A stretch of 43,606 nucleotides of DNA from Anaerolinea sp. (GTDB lineage: Bacteria; Chloroflexota; Anaerolineae; Anaerolineales; UBA4823), in NCBI GenBank assembly GCA_020722415.1, contig DYKV01000002.1:15718-59323 (forward strand), given 5' to 3'. Shown here in pieces: positions 17,371 to 24,746 of the stretch (within the stretch, counting starts at the first letter, position 1; the number at the start of each line of letters is the position of its first letter). Position numbers and translations under genes: made by a program. The notes beneath the pieces are model-generated. The model was given only the letters and a program-made list of their open reading frames with translations. It ran no database searches and was not told where the DNA came from.

Positions 17371-19117
17371 TTTTGATCCAAAGGTAGCTTTGCAGCATTA
17401 CATGCAGAAACGATTTGACAAAGTAAGTCAAATGTTTATCGATGTGTTTTTGCATTTTGACAAGGTGTGGTATGGTGGGTTTAGTCGCAGTGATTTGTTG
17501 AAGCTAGAAGAATTTGTTGCTACATTTCTATATATCTGGACGCGGCCTGATTTTAAGCTACCTTCACAATATAATACTGTGTTCTCGAATATCGGGCATC
17601 TTATTGCCAATGTTGTTGCCATGTCAAGTTATGGCTCAACTGACGGTGCATTAGGTCATATTTTGGCCCAAGATCATAATTATTATCGGATGCTACCACT
17701 GTTAACGGTTTACAATACAATCCAAATCTCAGCGGAACAAATTGTTAATGTTGACCCTATACATGGCACTTTGTGGTGGCTTGCCTATCAGACGGCTTCA
17801 CCGGGGTCATTGACACAAGAGGTCCATGACAGGATGGTACGCCAGTATTTTGATATACCAAAAGACCTTAAGCTCCGCGATTGTCGTGTAGCTCCCTTAT
17901 ATTTTCAGGTGTCTTATTTTGCACCTGAGCGGGCTCGTGCTGTTAAGACAGTGTTAAATGATCAGATTGCCTCTCAGATTAAAGTGTCTGTTTGCAATAA
18001 ACCCAACGTGAAGAGTATTGCAATTGTGTCTGGTCGCTGGCAGCCAACAACAGCGGTTTACAAGAGCATGGCTCCGCAGGTTCATGCCTTGGCGTCTAAG
18101 TATGATTTAACTCTTGTTCAATTTGGCGAGAATGAATCATTAGTTGATAGGTCGCACTTCAAGTCAGTTGTTCAAGTGAAAATGTTTAAAGATTTTACAG
18201 GGTGCGATATTTCTGCTATCAAAAATAATGATTTTCAGCTTGCATTTTTCCCTGATGTTGGAATGAATTTTGAGTCAACTTGGTTGTCAAATTTGCGGAT
18301 TGCCCCTATCATGGTAACCGGCTATGGACACCCTGTTAGCACTTTTAGCCGACAGATGGATTATTTCATTGGCGGGCAGGAAGTTGAGAGAGCCGATTTG
18401 GCATCGGAAAATTATGATGAACGTTTGGTGTTGATCCCTGGTTTAGGTTGCTATCCTATTGACCCAAAGTATACACGAAAGGGGCGAGTCGATTCCAAAG
18501 AGATTTGGGTAAATTGTTGTTGGACAACACATAAGATTAACTACCCAATGCTCTGTGTATTGCGTACAATTCAACAACTAGCACCTCGCCCAGTGAAATT
18601 TCATTTCTACCCGTCTTGGACACTTGGAAAATACAACAATCTTATTTACTTTGTCAAAACACTCAATCAATTCTTTGGGTATGGCAACTGGCGATATGAC
18701 ACCAACCTTAAGTATCATGATTACCTGGCGTCAATGGAACAAGCAGCGTTTACCATTGACTCCTATCCATTTGGAGGTTATAATACAATCATTGATTCAT
18801 TGTTTGTGGGCTGTCCGGTTGTGGCTATTGAAGGCACACAATTTGCAAATCGTGCATCTTCGGCGTTATTGCGACGTGTTGGGCTAGATGATCTGATTGT
18901 ATCTAATCTAGAAGAATGTGCAGCAAAAGCCTTGGAATTGGCATCAAATCCTGATTACTTGGAGTCAGCACGGAGTAAACTTGCTGATGTTGATAATTTG
19001 CAACAATTGTTGCTTCATGCCGAGGAACCAGGATATTTTGTGAAAGCTATTGATTATTTGATTGCTAATCATGAGCAATTGCAAGCTAGCCCTAAAACCT
19101 GCTTGACTATTGGGTAA
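17357..19117 (+). CDS. HMW1C-like / GT41 protein glycosyltransferase
   Basis: FFPDVGM...LSNLRIAPIMVTGYGHPVST...DYF, WTTHKIN, DSYPFGGYNTIIDSL..GCPVV..G....R; all-helical N-terminal domain without TPR array. Confidence 0.8.
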   Translation: MTMFNFDPKVALQHYMQKRFDKVSQMFIDVFLHFDKVWYGGFSRSDLLKLEEFVATFLYIWTRPDFKLPSQYNTVFSNIGHLIANVVAMSSYGSTDGALGHILAQDHNYYRMLPLLTVYNTIQISAEQIVNVDPIHGTLWWLAYQTASPGSLTQEVHDRMVRQYFDIPKDLKLRDCRVAPLYFQVSYFAPERARAVKTVLNDQIASQIKVSVCNKPNVKSIAIVSGRWQPTTAVYKSMAPQVHALASKYDLTLVQFGENESLVDRSHFKSVVQVKMFKDFTGCDISAIKNNDFQLAFFPDVGMNFESTWLSNLRIAPIMVTGYGHPVSTFSRQMDYFIGGQEVERADLASENYDERLVLIPGLGCYPIDPKYTRKGRVDSKEIWVNCCWTTHKINYPMLCVLRTIQQLAPRPVKFHFYPSWTLGKYNNLIYFVKTLNQFFGYGNWRYDTNLKYHDYLASMEQAAFTIDSYPFGGYNTIIDSLFVGCPVVAIEGTQFANRASSALLRRVGLDDLIVSNLEECAAKALELASNPDYLESARSKLADVDNLQQLLLHAEEPGYFVKAIDYLIANHEQLQASPKTCLTIG

Positions 19118-19130
19118 ATTGTGCTAAAAT
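19103..19130 (+). promoter_or_regulatory. Sigma70-type promoter upstream of RNA ligase
   Basis: TTGACT-16 nt-TAAAAT with extended -10 TG. Confidence 0.55.
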
Positions 19131-19156
19131 TAAGTAGGCTTCTTTATGAGGGCAAT

Positions 19157-20212
19157 ATGAGCACATTGAAAATTGAAACAGTAATGATTGAGTCAGTTGA
19201 TCCGCATCCCAATGCAGACAGGCTTGACGTTATAACTATTGGTGGTTACAAGATTTGCGACAGAAAAGGCAAGTACGCGGCTGGTGATATTGTGGCTTAT
19301 TTTCCACCAGACATTTTAATTCCATCTGATATTGCCACCCAGTTGGGGGTTGCTCAGTACCTCAAAGCAGCTATTTACCCTGGTGAATCCAAGAAATCAA
19401 ATTGCCGTGTTGGTGCTATTCGTTTGCGTGGTGTTCCGTCGTTTGGTTTCATTTTGAAAGTAAATGAGCCTGTTGGTAAAGACTTAACAGAACGATTTCA
19501 TGGCGCAAAGTTTGAACCGCCTGAGCCAATGGGGAATATTACTGGTCTGCGTGCTAAGGATGATATTCGGTTCCATACTTATACAAACATTGAGAATTGG
19601 CGTAAGTATAAAAACGCCATGCCGAATGGTCTACCAGTACGCATCACTGAAAAGATTCATGGCACTAATTCGCGCGTCGGATTGATTGCTGGTGAATATA
19701 TGTGTGGTTCACACAAGACGGCATTGAAACCAGAAGATAATACTGGTCGCCCGTCTATGTATTGGATGCCTCTTACTTCTGATATGAAATCAATGCTTTC
19801 ATGTATCAGTGAGGGACGATATAATGTCATTGTCTTTGGGGAAATTTTTGGCTCGAAGATTCAATTTATGGACTATGGTATCACAGGTTGTGGTGGATAC
19901 CGTGTATTTGATATTTCGGTGGGTGGAGAATATCTGCCGTGGGAGCAGGTAGTATATTATTGTAATCGTTTTTGTATTCCGCTTGTACCTTTGGTATATA
20001 AGGGGGCTTATTCACCTGATATCGTCGAACAGCTTGTCGATGGTCCAACTATGGTTGCTCCACTCGATCAGATTCGTTGCGACTTCAAGGGGCGCGAAGG
20101 TGTAGTCATAACACCTTTGAAAGAAACTTATTCACTAGAATTAAATGGACGACTCATTCTAAAAGCTGTCAGTGTTGATTATTTGGCATCACGGCGGAGT
20201 GATAGTCATTAA
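19157..20212 (+). CDS. RNA ligase, DRB0094/Rnl5 family, with N-terminal OB (tRNA-binding-like) domain
   Basis: HPNADRLD, RLRGVPSFG, motif I TEKIHGTN, FGEIFG, VFDI, REGVVI, LKAVSVDYL. Confidence 0.9.
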   Translation: MSTLKIETVMIESVDPHPNADRLDVITIGGYKICDRKGKYAAGDIVAYFPPDILIPSDIATQLGVAQYLKAAIYPGESKKSNCRVGAIRLRGVPSFGFILKVNEPVGKDLTERFHGAKFEPPEPMGNITGLRAKDDIRFHTYTNIENWRKYKNAMPNGLPVRITEKIHGTNSRVGLIAGEYMCGSHKTALKPEDNTGRPSMYWMPLTSDMKSMLSCISEGRYNVIVFGEIFGSKIQFMDYGITGCGGYRVFDISVGGEYLPWEQVVYYCNRFCIPLVPLVYKGAYSPDIVEQLVDGPTMVAPLDQIRCDFKGREGVVITPLKETYSLELNGRLILKAVSVDYLASRRSDSH

Positions 20213-20253
20213 AAAATATTCTTCATGCAACTATATACAGAGGTTTAGAAACG

Positions 20254-21546
20254 GTGAAACTGACCACAGAAAATGTCCGATGTATCAAGAAATTATTAAA
20301 TAAGGGACTTTCGCAGCCAAAGATTGCTAAGCGTTTTGGTGTGAGCCGATCATTGATTTCGGATATTGCGACTGGGCGCGCGTGGACAAAAGTCTCAGGC
20401 AAGCGATCAATTAAGCGCCCTGGTGGGCAGCCAAAGGCAATGGATTATGATCCAACTGATGAGCGTATTTTGACTCTTGAAGCAGAAATTGCTATGCTGC
20501 AAGATGAACGTGCAGCAATGAAGCGGCAGCTTAAAGCCATGACAAAAACACATGGCTTATTTAGGGCAATGGTTGATGAAATGGAAGCGATTGTGACACC
20601 AATGAAGGCGTTACCCAGGGTGATTCCTGTTGAGCCTGTAAAAAATGCCAAGTGTATTGAAGAACATTTGGTAATGCATCTGAGTGATGGACATCATGAT
20701 CAAATTGTTCACCCCTCCGAGTGTGGTGGGCTTGAGTGCCATAATTTCTTGATTAGTATGCGACGGGCCGAACAGTATGTTGACACTGTCTTGAAATGGA
20801 CACAACAGACTCTTGCACCGCAATTCAAGTTTCCTGAGTTGACAGTACTTGCATATGGTGACCATACAAGTGGCGAAATTCACGGGCATACTGAACGGTC
20901 ATATTTTAGGAATCAGTTTAAGAATTGTTTTGCAATCGGTCAGCTCCATGCTTTGATGTATCGTGATTTAGCTCCGTACTTTGAAACTGTGAATATTGTA
21001 TATGTTCCAGGTAATCATGGACGGCGCAGCATCAAGAAAAATTATTATGGTGCTCATGATAACTGGGACTATTTGATTGCTGAAACGGCCCGGCTTCATT
21101 GTCGAGATATAAAAAATATCAATTTCGTGATTCCAGATTCATTCTCCATTAACTTAGACATTAATGGTGTTGGATTCTGCATCTTTCATGGTGACGATAT
21201 TCGCTCAAATATGGGTATTCCGTTCTATGGTCTTGAGCGACGTCAACGTCGAATCATGGCATTGAATCAGGCATTTGGTACACATATCCGGTACTATTGC
21301 TGTGGGCACTTTCATCGACCTAGTTCATTAACTGATCTTGATGGCGAGATTATTGTCAATGGTACTTGGGTCGCTACGGATGCGTTTGCATATAATGCGT
21401 TTGGTGGTTACACTGTACCTTCTCAATTATTACATGGTGTGAATCCTAAGTATGGTATCACTTGGAGGCTTCCAGTGAATCTGCGAACCGATGATGAGGC
21501 TCGTGGTCCTCAACGTTACAAAATTGATATTAGGAACGACAAATGA
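20254..21546 (+). CDS. HTH-coiled coil-calcineurin-like metallophosphoesterase
   Basis: N-terminal HTH (SQPKIAKRFGVSRSLIS), coiled coil, SDGHH, GD..SG.IH, PGNHGR, FHGD, GHFH. Confidence 0.8.
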   Translation: MKLTTENVRCIKKLLNKGLSQPKIAKRFGVSRSLISDIATGRAWTKVSGKRSIKRPGGQPKAMDYDPTDERILTLEAEIAMLQDERAAMKRQLKAMTKTHGLFRAMVDEMEAIVTPMKALPRVIPVEPVKNAKCIEEHLVMHLSDGHHDQIVHPSECGGLECHNFLISMRRAEQYVDTVLKWTQQTLAPQFKFPELTVLAYGDHTSGEIHGHTERSYFRNQFKNCFAIGQLHALMYRDLAPYFETVNIVYVPGNHGRRSIKKNYYGAHDNWDYLIAETARLHCRDIKNINFVIPDSFSINLDINGVGFCIFHGDDIRSNMGIPFYGLERRQRRIMALNQAFGTHIRYYCCGHFHRPSSLTDLDGEIIVNGTWVATDAFAYNAFGGYTVPSQLLHGVNPKYGITWRLPVNLRTDDEARGPQRYKIDIRNDK

Positions 21547-22103
21547 AAACATTCTTTACTGCTGACTTGCATTTTGATGGCCCGAAATTTTACGGAAATC
21601 CTCGGTGTACTCGCCCGTTCACTGGCGAGAAATGGAATGCCTTGATGATTGATACGATCAACCGTCTGGTTGACTATGAAGATCGTCTTGTTATTCTTGG
21701 CGACTTTGCTAGCTATAGACCTGGCTACTGGCGTTTGCAGATTCGATGCAAGAATGTAATTTTGATTTTAGGCAACCACGACAATGAAGTTAAATGTCGA
21801 AATGTTTTTGGTGGCAACCTTCGAGTAACTTGTAACATGAAGATATTAGGTCATGTACATGTTTTCTTGTCACACTATCCACACGCATTTTGGAATGGAA
21901 GTCACAAAGGATGGTTGCATTTATATGGGCACTGTCACAACCAACGTGAGGCCGTGCTCGATGCCCTGTGGCCTGAGCGTCGAGCAATGGATGTTTCACC
22001 AGATACAGCGTATGCAAAGTTTGGTGAATGGCGCCCATTTTCCGATACCGAAGTTTTTGAGTTAATTGGAAAACGAGCCGGGCATGATTTGGTTGAATTT
22101 TAG
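21543..22103 (+). CDS. Calcineurin-like metallophosphoesterase
   Basis: ADLHF, LGDF, GNHD, SHYP, HLYGHCH. Confidence 0.9.
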   Translation: MKTFFTADLHFDGPKFYGNPRCTRPFTGEKWNALMIDTINRLVDYEDRLVILGDFASYRPGYWRLQIRCKNVILILGNHDNEVKCRNVFGGNLRVTCNMKILGHVHVFLSHYPHAFWNGSHKGWLHLYGHCHNQREAVLDALWPERRAMDVSPDTAYAKFGEWRPFSDTEVFELIGKRAGHDLVEF

Positions 22104-22144
22104 CATGGTTATCAAAACGTTTTACTAACACCAGTGGAGACATT

Positions 22145-22840
22145 ATGCCAATTCGTCATAGTAAACGTGCTAAGCAACGTGAAGCAGAACATGAAAAACA
22201 GTCACAAGTTTCATTCGAATTTCTGACAGAAAGGCAGAAAACAGCATGGGAAGAATACAAGCAACATGATGTACTCTTCCTATCTGGTCCAGCTGGCACA
22301 GGTAAAACATTTTTGGCAATGGCTTTTGCTATTTATGATATTCTTACTAAGCAACGTAAGCGTATCATTTTAACTCGTCCGATTGTTGAAGCTGGTGAGT
22401 CTCTAGGTTATCTCCCTGGGGATTTCACCATGAAAGTTAATCCCTACATGATCCCCTTGTATGATTGTTATCATACGATTTGTCCTGGTCAGACTATGAA
22501 GAATAAGATCATTGATAATGCTTTTGAAGTTGCACCGATTGCTTATATGCGAGGTCGTACCTTCCATGAGTCAGTATGTATTTTTGATGAAGCTCAAAAT
22601 GCTACGCTTTCACAATTGAAGTTATTTCTTTCGCGATTTGGACAAAACTCAAAAATCATTGTTACTGGCGACCCGAATCAATCAGACTTGCGGGACAAGA
22701 GCGGTTTGAATACCGTGCTTGACCGTTTGCATGGTTTGTCGGGTGTCAGCATTGTTCGATTTACCAAAGACGATATTGTTCGTCATCCGCTAGTAGGGGA
22801 AATTTTAGCACGGTTAGAAAGATGTATGCCAATGGCATGA
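22145..22840 (+). CDS. phoH: PhoH-like protein
   Basis: GPAGTGKTFLA, LTRPIVEAGESLGYLPG, YMRGRTF, DEAQN, GDPNQSDL, DIVRHPLV. Confidence 0.95.
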   Translation: MPIRHSKRAKQREAEHEKQSQVSFEFLTERQKTAWEEYKQHDVLFLSGPAGTGKTFLAMAFAIYDILTKQRKRIILTRPIVEAGESLGYLPGDFTMKVNPYMIPLYDCYHTICPGQTMKNKIIDNAFEVAPIAYMRGRTFHESVCIFDEAQNATLSQLKLFLSRFGQNSKIIVTGDPNQSDLRDKSGLNTVLDRLHGLSGVSIVRFTKDDIVRHPLVGEILARLERCMPMA

Positions 22841-22874
22841 AATTTGCAATTATTTCAAGGTATGTATAAAACTG

Positions 22875-22947
22875 GCTGCCGTAGCTCAATTGGTAGAGCG
22901 GCTGACCTGTAATCAGCAGGTTGAGGGTTCAAGCCCTTCCGGCAGCT
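22875..22947 (+). tRNA. tRNA-Thr(UGU), atypical C33; no encoded CCA
   Basis: GCTGCCG/CGGCAGC acceptor, GCTC/GAGC D stem, GCTGA-CCTGTAA-TCAGC anticodon arm, GAGGG-TTCAAGC-CCTTC T arm. Confidence 0.85.
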
Positions 22948-22961
22948 TTATAATAAAAATG

Positions 22962-23034
22962 GCTGATGTAGCTCAACTGGTGGAGCAGCTGATGTGTAAT
23001 CAGCAGGTTGAGAGTTCAAGTCTCTCCATCAGCC
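22962..23034 (+). tRNA. tRNA-Thr(UGU), atypical G33; no encoded CCA
   Basis: GCTGATG/CATCAGC acceptor, GCTC/GAGC D stem, GCTGA-TGTGTAA-TCAGC anticodon arm, GAGAG-TTCAAGT-CTCTC T arm. Confidence 0.8.
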
Positions 23035-23074
23035 TTACAGTATTTTGTTTTAACATGAAAGAGATTTGAAAAGA

Positions 23075-23947
23075 ATGGTACCGAAGATCACTGATTTTTT
23101 GCTATCACGTGCTGAACAGGTTGCTGAAGACGCAGTGAAAATGCAACTCGATGTTAAGGTTTATCAGGAAATCCGAGCACATCTTCCACGTTTATTTCCG
23201 GCTCCTGATAAAATCATTCTGTGGCCAACAGACGCCTGCGAGGTGCTGTTTGTTTACATGATTAAACCCAAAGAGCAAGCTGAAGCCTTACGAATGGCAA
23301 TTAGTTTAGCGTTTGCAATTAGCAAGGATGGTTGGTATGGTGAATTACAAAAGGAAGACAATACATTTTCTGTCTTTAGTGCCTGCACGATTAATAATCA
23401 CTGTGTATTAATAAAGTTGATCGGGGCAAATTTTGAGGATTATGAATTCAATGTGGAGCAAGATACAGGCACGCGACTTATTGGTCCTGTGCAATGTTCT
23501 AAGTTTGTACCATTCGATATTATCCGGCCTGATGCTTCGGACGATATTCTTATTGAGCATAGTAAGAAAGTTGATTTGACAGCATATTACGCTAAGTATA
23601 AGGCGAAGATTCTTAGTCTTGTTGGTCATAGAATACCGGCTCAGACGCCAGTTCCTGATGATGTTGTTGTAGGAATTGGTACGACGTTTGATTTGGACTT
23701 AGTGTATAATGAGGATAAGAATGGAAGCCTTCGAAAAAGGCTTGATAAGCATCTCGGCTGTCAGGATGGTTGGACATTGCTTGTGCATAAAGCAACTTTT
23801 ACCCAGACTTTGTATAAGATTATTGATGTGGCGTGTGACTCTTGGACTATTAAAGTGCGGGTATCAATTTTGAAGCCGTATCTTGAGGTTGAAAATTTAT
23901 CACTCACCAGTGACAAGCAAGATTATTTATTGTATCAATATAAATGA
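23075..23947 (+). CDS. Hypothetical protein with an internal domain duplication
   Basis: PAPDKIIL..EVLFVY..LR..KDGW versus PVPDDVVV..DLDLVY..LR..QDGW. Confidence 0.65.
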   Translation: MVPKITDFLLSRAEQVAEDAVKMQLDVKVYQEIRAHLPRLFPAPDKIILWPTDACEVLFVYMIKPKEQAEALRMAISLAFAISKDGWYGELQKEDNTFSVFSACTINNHCVLIKLIGANFEDYEFNVEQDTGTRLIGPVQCSKFVPFDIIRPDASDDILIEHSKKVDLTAYYAKYKAKILSLVGHRIPAQTPVPDDVVVGIGTTFDLDLVYNEDKNGSLRKRLDKHLGCQDGWTLLVHKATFTQTLYKIIDVACDSWTIKVRVSILKPYLEVENLSLTSDKQDYLLYQYK

Positions 23948-24720
23948 TCATGACGCAACAAACATTTGACCATATAAAATTTGATCCTAATGTGCCTGTA
24001 GAAAAAATCTACGCAGACCCAGCGTTTAATTGCCGTGGACTATTGGATGCTACGCGATTGATGGAATTGGCTGACAGTATTTCTCTACATGGGTTACAGT
24101 TGCCAATTATGATTCAGCCGTTGGACTTACCTGATCCATTTAAATATCGCATCATCTCTGGGCATCGTCGCTTTTCTGCTTGTACAAAGTTTTTGCATTG
24201 GGTAACAATACCGGCATTGATCAACTTACAACCAATGTCAGACAATGATGCAAAATTTCTCAATCTTGTTGAGAATATCAACCGGCAAGATTTAACGCAG
24301 CTTGAGGCTGCTTATATACTTCAGAATTTTATACAATCAGGTTACTCGGTTCATGAATTGGCAAGCAAAATCAATAAGTCTGTTGGATGGATACAATCAC
24401 AGCTTTCCATTTTATCCTTGTCTCCTGTTATTCAGACTACAGTTATTAAAAAGAGACTTTCAGTAGATGACATTGACTATTTAGCTTCATTGCCAGAATC
24501 TAGTCAGGAACAAGGCTTACAATTTTTGCTTTCGCGCAAACGCAAATATCAGAAAAAGTCAAAAAAGTTACAACAGCGCCCTAAGCTCGCTGATTTACGA
24601 CATATGATGCACTTCTTAATGGATTGTAATTGTGATATTGCTGCCAGGACACTTGCATGGGCACTAGGACTAGTCCCTACAGATGTGTTCAAAAACGAGG
24701 CACGTGCTGCAACCAAATAA
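23944..24720 (+). CDS. Second ParB/Spo0J-like protein
   Basis: FNCR, ELADSISLHGLQLPI, YRIISGHRRF, NLVENINRQDL, HTH SVHELASKINKSVGWI. Confidence 0.9.
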   Translation: MIMTQQTFDHIKFDPNVPVEKIYADPAFNCRGLLDATRLMELADSISLHGLQLPIMIQPLDLPDPFKYRIISGHRRFSACTKFLHWVTIPALINLQPMSDNDAKFLNLVENINRQDLTQLEAAYILQNFIQSGYSVHELASKINKSVGWIQSQLSILSLSPVIQTTVIKKRLSVDDIDYLASLPESSQEQGLQFLLSRKRKYQKKSKKLQQRPKLADLRHMMHFLMDCNCDIAARTLAWALGLVPTDVFKNEARAATK

Positions 24721-24746
24721 AAAGACGTATACTTGGATTAAGTTTA

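Noticed and set aside
22145-22840. PhoH (also ThyX, NrdJ) as novelty
   Set aside because: These are common phage auxiliary genes
22875-22947. Reading the first tRNA as Tyr(GUA) or Gln(CUG)
   Set aside because: The 5-bp stem/7-nt loop register centres TGT; short variable loop and G1-C72/C2-G71 fit Thr
22875-23034. tRNAs as a prophage attachment site or boundary
   Set aside because: Phage-type genes continue on both sides, and no integrase or duplicated tRNA 3' end is seen
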